A stretch of 64,000 bases of DNA from Mobula hypostoma. Its lineage: Eukaryota. The notes under the pieces are model-generated. The model searched no databases, had not been told where the DNA came from, and worked only from the letters and a program-made list of their open reading frames with translations. This document shows, in pieces, positions 40,258 through 52,522 of this stretch. The position numbers and the translations under genes were made by a program. The stretch spans positions 243,476,001 through 243,540,000 of the forward strand of contig NC_086097.1 in assembly GCF_963921235.1 (NCBI RefSeq), given 5' to 3'. Each line of letters begins with the position of its first letter. Position 1 is the first letter of the stretch.

Positions 40258-41175
40258 TAGCAAATTTGCAGATGACACAAAGGCAGTGTGAAATGTGAAC
40301 AGGATGTTATGAGAATGCAGGGTGACTTGGACAGGTTGGGTGAGTGGGCAGATGCAGTTTAATGTGGATAAATGTGAGGTTATCCACTTTAGTGGTGAGA
40401 ACAGGAAGGCAGATTACTATCTGAATGGTGTCAAGTTAGGAAAAGGGGAAGTACAACGAGATCTGGGTGTCCTTTTTCATCAGTCACTGAAAGAAAGCAT
40501 GCAGGTACAGCAGGCAGCGAAGAAAGCTAATGACATGTTGGCCTTCATAACAAGGGAATTTGAGTATAAGAGCAAAGAGGTCCTTCTGCAGTTGTACAGG
40601 GCCCTGGTGAGACCACACCTGGGGTACCGTGTACAGTTTTGGTCTCCAAATTTGAGGAAGGACATTCTTGCTATTGACAGAGTGCAGCGTAAGTTCACAA
40701 GGTTAATTCCCGGGATGGCGGGAATGTCATATGTTGAAAGATTGGAGCGACTGGGCTTGTATACACTGGAATTTAGAAGGATGAGAGGGGATCTGATTGA
40801 AACATATAAGATTATTAAGGGATTGGACGCGCTAGAGGCGGGAAACACGTTCCCAATGTTGGGGGGTCCAGAACCAGAGGCCATAGTTTAAGAATAAGGG
40901 GTAGACAATTTAGAACGGAGTTGAGGAAAAACTTTTTCACACAGAGGGTTGTGGTTCTGTGAAATGCTCTGCCTCAGAAGGCAGTGGAGGCCAATTCTCT
41001 GGATTCTTTCAAGAAAGAGTTAAATAGAGCTCTTAAAGATAGCGGAGTGAAGAGATATGGGGCGAAGGCAGGAAAAGGGTACTGATTGTGGATGATCAGC
41101 CATGATCACAGTGAATGGCGGTGCTGGCTCAAAGGGATGAATGGCCTACTCCTGCACCTATTGTCTGCTGTCTAT
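40258..41175 (+). mobile_element. CR1 LINE 3' fragment (near-identical 3' piece at 45205-45447)
   Basis: SKFADDTK start; ORF 40322..40891; 3'UTR with CTATTGT-type tail. Confidence 0.9.
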
Positions 41176-41451
41176 TGAGATCGTGAAAGAGGCTGAGATG
41201 AAAGCGAGAGAATCTTAGATAAGGGACTCCTGTCAGGAGTTTGTACGTTCTCCCCATGGCTGCATGGGTTTCATTCAGGTCCACTGGTTTCCTCCTACAT
41301 TCCAAAGACATACAGGTTAGTAGTTTAATTGGTCACAGGGCTGTAACTCGGGGATGGGGGCTGGAAAAGTCTGTTACTGTTCTGCACCTCGAAATAATAA
41401 ACATATGGCAGAAGTGCAGGAGGATGAGAGGCTTGAAAAAATGGACAGTTA

Positions 41452-42697
41452 ATGGCAGACCGTGTCTAACAAGCCTGATAGAGTTCTTTGAGGAGGTAAC
41501 CAGGCATATAGATGAGGGTAGTGCAGTGGATGTGATCTATATGGATTTTAGTAAGGCATTTGACAAGGTTCCACACGATAGGCTTAATCAGAAAGTTAGA
41601 AGGCATGGGATCCAGGGAAGTTTGGCCAGGTGGATTCAGAATTGGCTTGCCTGCAGAAGGCAGAGGGTGGTGGTGGAGGGAGTACATTCAGATTGGAGGA
41701 TTGTAACTAGTGGTGTCCCACAAGGATCTGATCTGGGACCTCTACTTTTCGTGATTTTTATTAACGACCTGGATGTGGGGGTAGAAAGGTGGGTTGGCAA
41801 GTTTGCAGACGACACAAAGGTTGGTGGTGTTGTAGATAGTGTAGAGGATTGTCAAAGATTGCAGAGAGACATTGATAGGATGCAGAAGTGGGCTGAGAAG
41901 TGGCAGATGGAGTTCAACCCAGAGAAGTGTGAGGTGGTACACTTTGGAAGGACAAACTCCAAGGCAGAGTACAAAGTAAATGGCAGGATACTTGGTAGTG
42001 TGGAGGAGCAGAGGGATCTCGGGGTACATGTCCACAGATCCCTGAAAATTGCCCCACAGGTGGATAGAGTAGTTAAGAAAGCTTATGGGGTGTTAGCTTT
42101 CATAAGTCAAGGGATAGAGTTTAAGAGTTGCGATGTAATGATGCAGCTCTATAAAACTCTGGTTAGGTCACACTTGGATTACTGTGTCCAGTTCTGGTCA
42201 CCTCACTGTAGGAAGGATGTGGAAGCATTGGAAAGGGTACAGAGGAGATTTACCAGGATGCTGCCTGGTTTAGAAAGTATGCATTATGATCAGAGATTAA
42301 CAGAGCTAGGGCTTTACTCTTTGGAGAGAAGGAGGATGAGAGGAGACATGATAGAGGTTTACAAGATAATAAGAGGAATAGATAGAGTGGATAGCCAGTG
42401 CCTCTTCCCCAGGGCACCACTGCTCAATATAAGAGGACATGGCTTTAAGGTAAGGGGTGGGAAGTTCAAGGGGGATATTAGAGGAAGGTTTTTTACTCAG
42501 AGAGTGGTTGGTGCGTGGAATGCACTCCCTGAGTCAGTGGTGGAGGCAGATACACTAGTGAAGTTTAAGAGACTACTAGACAGGTATATGGAGGAATTTA
42601 AGGTGGGGGCTTATATGGGAGGCAGGGTTTGAGGGTCGGCACAACATTGTGGGCCGAAGGGCCTGTACTGTGCTGTACTATTCTATGTTCTATGTTA
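41452..42697 (+). mobile_element. CR1 LINE, 5'-truncated, open RT frame
   Basis: ORF 41241..42632 from GRPCLTSLIEFFE: YMDFSKAFD, KFADDTK; TTCTATG tail. Confidence 0.93.
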
Positions 42698-43000
42698 AGG
42701 TAGTGCCTGTTTCCCAGGGTGGCAATGGCCAACACCAGAGGACATCTTTTGCAGGTAAGTAGGGGATGTCAGAAGTAATTATTTTACACAGAGAGTGGTG
42801 GGTGCCTACAACACACTGCTTGGGGTAGTAGTTGAGACTGAAACATTAGGGACACTTTCTTAGACAGGCACACACATGAAAGAAAACTGGAGGGCCATGG
42901 GCTGTGTGGGAGGGATGGATTACATTGGTAATGGAGTAGGTTATAGGGTCAGCACAACATCATGGGCTGAAGGGCCTGCACTGTGCAACCATGTTCTATG

Positions 43001-43590
43001 TGTAACATGCTAGTTAAGATTTTTTACTGCTATGTTGTTCTGAAAGAGCAGTCTGTTCTGTTTTTAGCATGTTTGGGTTTGAGTTAAGGATAAAGGGCTA
43101 TGTTGTTCAACTTAGGAATGTAGTGTCATCCAATCAGGATGGTGGAATTGGGAGAGCTTTCTAGAGAATGCTGGACGGAGAAGTTTTTATGACGGACACT
43201 GGTGTGAGTCGAGGTCATTTTTTGGCGGGAGCTGGGAGAAGACAGGAGGGAAGATGGCTGACGGTGCTGTCACTGTTGCACAAGGTTGTTTGTGCAGATG
43301 AAAGTAGCTTCAAAGGGGAAGGGCCCATACTCCCATGGGGGAGCTAATTTGTTCAAGATGGATTTCAAGTGACAGTTGGAAGGTGGTGTGTGCTTTTATG
43401 CAGACCGTGGGTCCACCGCGCAAGTTAAAGACAACTTCAAGCTGAGCTCCAACTTATGTGTATCTTTGGACTGGGTTAACTGTCATGGGTCCTTTTTACT
43501 TTTTTTCTTTTCATTTTCCTACTCACTCTCTGAATAAGCAGAAATTTGTAAATATACTTTCTTTATAATTGTATGTAGTGTATAATCCAG
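43001..43590 (+). mobile_element. Possible LTR fragment
   Basis: Starts TGTAAC; CCAAT box and purine-rich body similar in layout to 53233-53742; no clear 3' CA or TSD. Confidence 0.35.
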
Positions 43591-44150
43591 TGGTTTAAAA
43601 CTCCTTCAGGTCACTGATGAGTTCAAAACTTGAAACTGGAATAAACACAAGATACTCTGCAGATGCTGGAAATTCAGAGCAACACACACAAAACGCTGGA
43701 GGAACTCAGCAAGTCAGGCAGTACTTACATAGTATTCGCACAGATCAGGTTCGAGTGGTCAAGACATCTTAACTTCCCAGTTTTGGTGGGACCCAAGACA
43801 CACCGATCCTAGATTACAGAGTATGCGAAAGCTGGTTTTCTCATCACTGAGTCCAGTGGCTGTTGGCAAGGTGCTAACGAGCTGCATCTTTAAAGATGCC
43901 CAGTAAAAAATGATTTCATATGTCTTATGTTTATTTTGGAAAAATGGAATCTTCCATAATACAGCTTTCCTACCACACAGCTTAGCAGTGTCAGACAAGC
44001 TCTTTGTTACTGATGGTTTCAAACGCCTTCAGGTCACTGAAGAGTTCAAAACTTGAATCTGGAATAACCACAAGAGAGTCTGCTGATGCTAGAAATCTTG
44101 AGCAACACACAGAAAATGCTGGAGGAGCGTAGCAAGACAGGCAGCATCTT
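43591..44150. repeat. Direct duplication of about 130 bp (43591-43721 and 44015-44145)
   Basis: TGGTTT.AAAC.CCTTCAGGTCACTGA.GAGTTCAAAACTTGAA.CTGGAATAA.CACAAGA followed by a PLE terminal segment in both copies. Confidence 0.75.
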
Positions 44151-46659
44151 TGGAGAGGAATAATTAGTTAACATTTAGGGCCAGGACCCTTCGTCAGCAC
44201 TGGAAAGGAAGGAAGAATAAGGTTAGGGGAGGAGAAGGAGAACAAAGACTTCTTTGGGTCTGGGATAACTCTCCTCGCATTATCACAACTACCTTCTCTT
44301 TTTGCCAGGTGTGATTCCTACCACTGAAGCAGTTTTCCTTGATGTCCTTTGATCAGGGCTCTATGATGTTATGTTGGGTCAAGTGCTCTCTTGATATCAG
44401 TGACAGTTACTCCAATCTCACCTCTGGAGTCCAGCTCATTGGTGTCTATTTGGACCAAGGCTGAGGTCTCAGGTCATTTAGTCCTGATAGATTATAGGGT
44501 GCTTCTAAATAACCCTGGCATTGAAAACTCTTACACTTTGCTGATAATTTAAGAGTAGACCGATATGGCAGTAATTTGTCAATATGGATTTTCCTGGGTT
44601 TTTTGTAAACAGGATATAGCTGGAAACATTTCTGCAATGTCATTAGCTCTCTCTCTCTCTCTCTCTATGTCTCTCTCTTTTGCTCATCATGCTGCTGGCA
44701 TTCAGGGCAACAATGAAGGTCCTCCATCTCTGGTGGTGTTCACAGTACTTTCCATGTGCCAGTAGTTTCCTCTCAGTTTTCACTACTGTCAGTCACGCAA
44801 GTCCCGGGCGGAGACTCAGGAATACCATTGCACTCAGATGTAGAAGGATTCTTCATTGCCGTTTCCGTAACAATTTTGTTTTACCAGTCAGGGTTGTTAG
44901 CCCTGAGCTGAACCCCTGAACCTGGAGGATCGGTGGACCTCTCTTAATCTGGCCACTGACCTGTTTGGCATGATGACCCTACCGAGAGGCAAAGCATAAA
45001 GCCCTTATCCCAGCCAACATGGCTCTCTGAGTTCTTAAGGCATGCAGGCCTCCAAACCATGACAAGGCTGTGGTTCCCATGGAGGGATCGCATTAGCATC
45101 CAATATCATTAAATAAGAACAGAAGACACCAACGCAGAATTGGGCCATTTGATCCATTGAGCCTTTTCCACCATTCCATTGTGGCTGATTTATTATCCCT
45201 CTTATTTCACGCAGAGGGCTGTGGTTCTGTGGAATGCTCTGCCTCAGAAGGCAGTGGAGGCCAATTCTCTGGATTCTTTCAAAAAAGAGTTAGACAGAGC
45301 TCTTAAAGATAGCAGAGTGAAGGGATATGGGGAGAAGGCAGGAAAAGGGTACTGATTGTGGATGATCAGCCATGATCACAGTGAATAGTGGTGCTGACTC
45401 GAAGGGCTGAATGGCCTACTCCTGCACCTATTGTCTATTGTCTATTATTCTCCTGCCTTCTCCCCATAACCTTTGACACTATTTACTATCAAAAAACCTA
45501 ACGACCTCTACTTTAAATATACCCAGTGACTTAATCTCCACAGCCATCAGTGGCAATGAATTGCACAGGTTCACCACACTCTGGCTAAAAAAATCTCTCT
45601 TCACCTCAGTTCTAAAGGAATGTCTTTGTATTCTGAGGCTTTGGCCTCTGGTCCTAAACTGCCCCACGATTAGAAACGTCCGCTCCACATCACTATCTAA
45701 GCTTTTCACTGTCCAGTAGGTTTCAGTTAGATCCTCCCTCATTCTTCAAGGACTCCAGTGAGTAGAGGCCCAGAGCCATCAAGTGCGTCTCTTACCTTAA
45801 CCCTTTCATTCTAAGGATCATTCTCATAAACCTTCTTCGGGTGTCTAATTATAGGATGATACGTAACTTCTTATGAGTAGAATATTAATTGTTATATAGA
45901 AGACAGCCAGCATCCCGAACATCCTCTCTTTTCACTGCTGCCATTGGGAAAGAGGTACAGAAGCCTTAGGTCCCACACCTCCAGGTTCTGGAAACAGTCA
46001 TTACCCAAAAACCATCAGGCTCCTGAACCAACGTGGATAAGTTCACTCACCTCTATTCTGAAATGATTCCACAACATACAGGTTCACTTTTAAAGACTCA
46101 TGTTCTCAGTATTATTTATTTTTTACTTGCACATTGGTTGCTTGTCCGTCTTTGTTTACTGTATGTATAGTTACATAGAACATAGAAATCTACAGCATAT
46201 TACAGACCCTTCAGCCCACAATGTTGTGCCGACCATGTAACTTAATCTAGAAACTGCCTAGAATTACCCTAGCGCATAACCCTCTAAGCTCCATGTACCT
46301 ATCCAAGAGTTTCTTAAAAGACCCTATTGTATCCGTCTCCACCACCTTCACTGTCAGTGCATTCCACACACCCACCAATCTCTGTGTGAAAAACTTATCC
46401 TTGACATCCCCTTGGTACCTATTTCCAAGCACCTTAAAACTATGCTCCCTCGTGTGAACCATTTCAGTCCTGGGAAAAAGCATCTGGCTATCCACACGAT
46501 CAATGCTTTTTATCATCTGAGATACCTCAATCAGGTCACCTCTCATCCTCTGTCGCTCCAAGGAGAAAAGGCCAAGTTCACCCAACCTATTCTCATAATG
46601 TACATTCTCCAATCCAGGCAACATCCTTGTAAATCTCCTTTTCATAAATTCTATCGCAT

Positions 46660-48672
46660 TTCATTATTTTTTTGTACATGCCTGCAAAAAATGAATGAGG
46701 AAAGAGGTTCTTCTGAAGGAATTTGAGCAGCTAGGGACTAAACTAAAAAGCAGAACCAAAAAGGTAGTAATCTCTAGGTTATGACCTGAGCCACATGCAA
46801 CTTGGGTCAAGAAGCTTAGAGAGTTAAATGTGTGGATCGAGGATTGTTGTTGGAGAAATGGTTTTGAATACATGGGAAATTTTCACCGGTATTGGGGAAG
46901 GAGGGAGCTGTACCAATGGGACTGGCTCTACCTGAACTGTGATGGGACCTGGATCCTGGTGAATCACATAACTAGCACTTTGCATAGGGCTTTAAATGAA
47001 ATAGTAGGGGGGTGGATTCAACAAATTGGAGAAGTACGGATGAAGTAAAAATAAAAAGTATGGATAAAGATAAAGAAAAAGCAAAAGATAAGAAAGAGAA
47101 AAGTAAGAGTGGAGTGAAGAAAAGAGTAAGAGATTGCAAGTTTTTAAAAACAAAATGAGTGTAAGGGCACTTTATTTGAATGCCCATAGTATTCGAAAAA
47201 AAGGTCAGTGAACTTGTGGCAAATCAGTACAAAGAGATATGATTTAGTAGCCATTACAGAAACGTGGTTGCAGGGTGGAGAGGATTGGGAATTAAATATC
47301 CAAGGATATCAGGCAATACGGAAGGATAGGCAGGAAGGTAAGGGAGGTGGGGTAGCGCTCTTAATTAAAGATGAGATCAGGGAGATAGTGAGAGATGATA
47401 TAAGATCTAAGGAGCAGAATGGTGAATCCATCTGGGTAGAGATTAGGAATAGTAAAGGGAAAAAATCACCGGTGGGAGTTGTCTATCAACCACCGAATAA
47501 TAACTTTACAGTGGCACAGGCAATAAACAGAGAAATATCTGAGGCATGTAAGAATGGAACAACAGTTATCATGGGGGATTTTCACATGCACATAGATTGG
47601 GTGAATCAAGTTGGTCGAGGAAGTCTTGAGAAGGACTTCATAGAATGCATCCATGATAGCTTTCTTGAACAGCGTGTTACTGAACCTAAAACGAATGTGC
47701 TATCTTAGATCTGGTCCTGTGCAATGAGACAGGTAAAATTAGTGATCCTGTAGTTAGGGATCCTCTTGGAAAGAGTGATCACAGTACGATTGAATTTCTC
47801 ATACAAATGGAGTCTTCAAGGGTCTTCAAGTGAGTGGGCAAGGGTCTGGCAGATGGAGTACAATGTTGGTAAATACGAGGTCATCCACTTTGGAAGGCAA
47901 AATAAAAGAGCAAATTATTATTTAAATGGTAAAAAGAATTGCAGCACGCTGCTGTGCAGAGGGACTTGGGAGTGCTTGTGTATAATCACAAAAGGTTGGT
48001 TTGCAGGTGCAGCAGGCTGTCAAGAAGGCAAATGGACTGTTGGCCTTCATTGCTAGAGGGATTGAATTTAACAACACTGAGGTTATGCTGCAACTGTACA
48101 GGGTACTGGTGAGGCCGTATCTGGAGTACTTGGTCTCCTTACTTGAGGAAGGATATGCTGGCTTTGGAGGCAGTGCAGAGGAGGTTCACCAGGTTGATTC
48201 CAGAGATGAAGGCGTTAGACTATGAGGAGAGATTGATTCACCTGGGACTGTACTCACTGGAATTCAGAAGAATGAGAGGAGATCTCATAGAAATATATAA
48301 AAATTATGAAAGGGATAGATAAGATAGAGGCAGGAAAGTTGTTTCCACTGGTAGGTGAGACTAGAACTAAGGGACATAGCCTCAAGATTCAGGGGAGTAG
48401 ATTTAGGACGGAGATGAGGAGGAACTGCTGTTTTCAGAGAGTGGTGAATCTGGAATTCTCTGCCCAATGAAGCAGTGAAGGCTACCCCAGTAGATATATT
48501 TAAGACAAGGTTGGATGGATTTTTGCATGGTAGGGGATTTAAGGGTTATGGGGAAAAAGCACATAGGTGGTGATGAATCCAGGGCCAGATCAGCCATGAT
48601 CTTATTGAATGGCAGGGCAGGCTCGACGAGTCAGGTGGCCTACTCCTGCTCCTATTTCTTATGTCTTATGTT
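46660..48672 (+). mobile_element. Internally deleted or composite CR1 (ORF1 3' part, EN, then RT C-terminus)
   Basis: ORF 47208..47708 ITETWL..GDFH; abrupt jump at about 47812-47830 to EWARVWQMEYN. Confidence 0.82.
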
Positions 48673-49032
48673 AATGAATCTCAAGATTATATATGACAGC
48701 ATATATGTACTTTGATAACAAATTTAACAAATCTTTGAATTTTTCTTCTTAATCCAGAGGTAAGTTTTTGGGTCTGTTCAATAATTGCAACATTCCTCCT
48801 CATTGCCAAAAGCCCTGTCTCTTTTATGTTTCCAAGTACATATTTTAAGAGACAGCAATGTTGAATTTGCACAATCCTTTCAGACAAAGCATTCCAGATC
48901 ATAGCAATAATTATCCCCTTCACTAGATTGGTTCTTTTGCTGTGGTTCAGAGTTCTGAATCACCAAACAATCACCCACTGTTGACAGATGGTTGACAATT
49001 AAAATAAACCTTTTGCTTCATTCATTCTGAAG

Positions 49033-49424
49033 TGATCGCAGATGTCAAAGAAACCGAGGAGAAATTCTACCTGATTGTGAAGGAAGTGAAGAACTACAAT
49101 TCTGCGCTTGTGCACTGCAAGGACAGGGGAGGTTCACTGGCAATGCCAAAAGATGAAGAAACAAACTCCTTGCTTGCGGCCTACGTGAATAAAACTGGCT
49201 TATCTCGGGTGTTTATTGGTGTGAATGATCTGGAAAAGGAAAGGCAGTTCATGTACACTGACTCTACCCCACTACAGAATTACAGTCACTGGAGACCAGG
49301 TGAACCCAACAATGCGTTTGGCGGTGAAGACTGTGTAGAAATGGTAAGTGATGGGGGTTGGAACGATGTTGAGTGTCACCTCTCAATATACTTTGTCTGT
49401 GAATTTTTAAAGAAGACTTCATAA
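49033..49424 (+). CDS. COLEC10: Collectin-10-like, terminal exon: C-type lectin carbohydrate-recognition domain
   Basis: ttcattctgaAG|TGATC; the G from the previous exon plus TG gives Val. Encodes [18 protein letters not shown]...LAMPKDE...[11 protein letters not shown]...GEPNN...EDCVEM...WNDVEC...[10 protein letters not shown] with 4 canonical Cys, EPN and WND. Stop TAA at 49422-49424. Confidence 0.95.
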
Positions 49425-49550
49425 TCTAATCTACATGTTTTCTATATAATAATAAGAAATTATTAAGAAATTCTCCCTGTATATTCATATATTTGGTATG
49501 TAGTGAGTTTCATAATTAATAACATATTAATTGTATATCCTACCCACCTA

Positions 49551-49940
49551 CTCCCTGTTAAGCCACTGGTGTTTAGGCCAGCAAGGAAGGACCTCCATCT
49601 CTGGTGGTGTTCATTGTGTCAGTAGCTCGATTTTCACTACTGTCAGTCATGCAGGTCCCAGGTGGAGACTCAGGAATACCATCGCACTCAGATGTAGAAA
49701 GATTCTTCATTGCTGTTTCTATAACAATTTTGTTTGACCAGTCAGGGTTGTTAACCCTGAGCTGAACCTCTGAACCTGGAGGGCCAGTAGACCACTCTTA
49801 GTCTGGCATCTGCCACTTGCTCTGTCTGGCATGGGCGACCCCACCAAGAGCCAAATGATAAAGCCCTGACTCCAGCAAATATAACTCTCCGAGTTACTCA
49901 GCCTCCAAGGCATGACAAGGTTGTGGTCTTCCTGGAGGAC
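49551..49940 (-). mobile_element. RTE-derived non-autonomous element in the putative COLEC10 3'UTR
   Basis: Aligns with 44680-45086 and 15797-16112. Confidence 0.7.
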
Positions 49941-50083
49941 CAATTTTATGCCAACTCCTAAATTTATTTGCACAGATCCTCAATTTAAAAGTCAAATACC
50001 ATAGAAAACAGTGTTGATAAAAATATATTCTGATCTAAAACGTTCATGCTTCAGACATTTTGTATTAGGATGCTTTGCAACTT

Positions 50084-50089
50084 AATAAA
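50084..50089 (+). terminator. Candidate polyadenylation signal AATAAA (proximal; a duplicate lies at 50657-50662)
   Basis: First canonical AATAAA I found downstream of the COLEC10 stop, in non-TE AT-rich sequence. Usage is not demonstrated. Confidence 0.5.
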
Positions 50090-50781
50090 AAATAATCAAA
50101 TATTCAATTCTCACAAAGAAAATCATCTTTATTTGTCACGTAGAACATAGAATAGTACAACACAGTACAGGCCCTTCGGCCCACAATGTTGGCCCAACCC
50201 TCAAACCCTGCCTCCCATATAACCCCCCACTTTAAATTCCTCCATATACCTAAACATCGAAACGTACAGTGAAGTGCATTGTTTATGTCAATAACTAACA
50301 CAGACTGAGGATGTACTGGGTGCAACCTGCAAGTGTCACCATGCTTCCGACACCAACATAGTGTGCCCTCAGCTCACTAACTCCCGGCTGTGCATCTTTG
50401 GAGTGAGTGGGAGGAAATTGAGGCACCCAGAGCAAGTCCACATGGCCAGAAAGAGAACGCACAGTTGCCATAGAGACAGCAGTAGGAAGTGATCCCTAAT
50501 CTTACAGCTGCCATTGCGAAGTCTTGCACTAACAGCTATGCTTCTGTGCTGCCCGCTAGAAAGTCAAATATCGGTAGGAAACAGCAAAGAAAAATGCACG
50601 TACTGATCTGGAATTTGGTTGTTTTGGACATTTTGTATTAGGATACTTTTCAACTTAATAAAAAATAATCAAATATTTAATTCTTGCAATGGTCCTTGTA
50701 ATGTGGTCTATTCTATCATTACCTTAATGAGTACAGAGCTTTTAGTACCATTGGTATAATCTTTATTATGGTTTAATCAGT

Positions 50782-51073
50782 GATGCAGGCCGAGACCCTC
50801 CGCCTGAAACGTCAACTGTACAATCTTCCTAGAGATGCTGCCTGGCCTGCTGCGTTCACCGGCAACTTTGATGTGTGTTGCTTGAATTTCCAGCATCTGC
50901 AGAATTCCTGTTGTTTGTGTGTTCAAATTTTATTATCCCACTTTCAAATGTCTTACTAGCTCTTCTTTCAGTTAGTCCTGATGAAGGGTCTCGGCCCAAA
51001 ACGTCGACGGTACCTCTTCCTAGAGATGCTGCCTGGCCTGCTGCATTCACCAGAAACTTTCATGTATGTTGCT
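50782..51073 (+). mobile_element. Tandem Penelope-like terminal repeats with hammerhead-like motif
   Basis: Two copies of CTTCCTAGAGATGCTGCCTGGCCTGCTGC.TTCACC. The second is preceded by AGTC-CTGATGA-A-GGGTCTCGGCCC-aAAAC-GTC-GAC (50974-51008). Confidence 0.75.
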
Positions 51074-51929
51074 CCAAATTTTATTTATTTATTTATTGAG
51101 ATGCAGCACGGAATAAGCCCCTCTGGCTATTAGAGCTGCATCGCCCAGCAATCCCTCCATTTAATCCAAGCCTAGTCGTGGAACAATTTACAATGACTAT
51201 TTAACCTACCAGCAGGTAGGCCTTTGGGACTGTGGGAGGAAACGGGAGCACCCGGAGGAAACCCACGCGGTTATGGGGAGATTATACAAATTCCTTACAG
51301 GCAGCAGTGGGAAATAAACCTGGGTCACTGGGTTTGGTACTGTAAAGCATTGTGCTAACCGCTATGGCTACTGTGGAATTTAATTTAAGACCTTATGACC
51401 ATAGGACATAGGAGCAGAATTAGGTCATTCAGTTCATTGAGTCTGCCCCACCATTCCACCATGATTTATGATCCCTTTTAACCCCATTCTCCTGCCTTCT
51501 CCCTATAACCTTTGATGCCCTGACAAACCAAGAACCTCTTAACCTCCGCTTTAAATATACCCAATGATTTGGCCTCCATAGCCGTCTGTGGCAATTAATA
51601 CCACAAGTTCACCACCCTCAGGGTCACGAAGTTCCTCCTCATCTCTGTTCTAACTGGACGTCTATCCCTTTTGAAGTTATGCCATCTGGTCCTAGACTCA
51701 CTTACTATAGGATAACATCTTCCCAATGCCCACTCTGTCTACTCTGCTCGGTTCAACAAGCTTCAATAAGATCCCCCCTCACTTTTCTAAACTCCAGTAA
51801 GTACAGGTCCAGAGCCATTAAACACTCTTCGTACTCTACCCCTTTCATACACAGAATTATTCTCAGGAACTTCCTCTGGTTCCATAATTCTGGAACACTT
51901 TATTTTTAACAAAAACTTAGCATTAATAA

Positions 51930-52522
51930 CTACTTCTACTACTACTACTACGTCGACTTAGGCCTAGGGGGCCGGTGTCGGGCATGATGATGGACTCTCC
52001 ACTTCTCCCTCTCCCTCATCAGTGTGTTCAGTTCATCTACATTAGCCGCGCCGCTGTCTTCTTGGAGCGTGTTGACCATCGTCTTGGGAGGGCACCCAGG
52101 GTTCATCCTCCCATGCTTGGGCTCCCATATGACTAGGCTGGCAGGTAGCTCGGGGTGGCGTAGACAGTGCCCCGCTAGTTGTAGTCTTCTCGCCTTGATT
52201 TTAGTGGTGAGCATCGGTAGGTTGTTATAGAGCTCAATGTTCGTCATGCTGTTGCCAACTCACGTCAAGAGCCATCCGGAGCATTCGTGTATAGCAACCA
52301 TCTAGAGACTTTCGCATAGTCTTGGTGAGTGTCCACGTCTCGCATCCGTACGTGAGAATGGATTCAATGACTGCTATGAAAATCCTCTTTTTAAGCCCTC
52401 TGGTCAGGTTCGACTTCCAGATTTCCTTCATGTCGTTCATAGCCCTCCACGCCAGCACCTTCCGTATCTTCATGTCCTTCTCCGAACTCATCATTCTTGA
52501 CCCGAGGTACTTGTAGTCAATC
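51930..52522 (-). mobile_element. RTE-clade LINE 3' fragment with (TAG)n tail
   Basis: DYKYLGS..ESILTYGCETWTLT..LDGCYTRMLR, then after one frameshift RRLQLAGHCLRH..; tail TAGTAGTAGTAG. Confidence 0.85.

Noticed and set aside
41241..42632. 463-aa ORF with a novel N-terminus
   Set aside because: The N-terminal 70 or so residues are translated V-SINE and flanking sequence in frame with a truncated CR1 RT.
43612..43640. CTGATGAGTTCAAAACTTGAAAC as another hammerhead
   Set aside because: Stem II does not close against GAAA, there is no NUH/stem I partner, and the duplicate at about 44036 lacks GAAA.
49032..49034. GTG start of a stand-alone 130-aa lectin ORF
   Set aside because: The G is the last base of the splice acceptor; there is no signal peptide and the exon joins the neck exon in frame.
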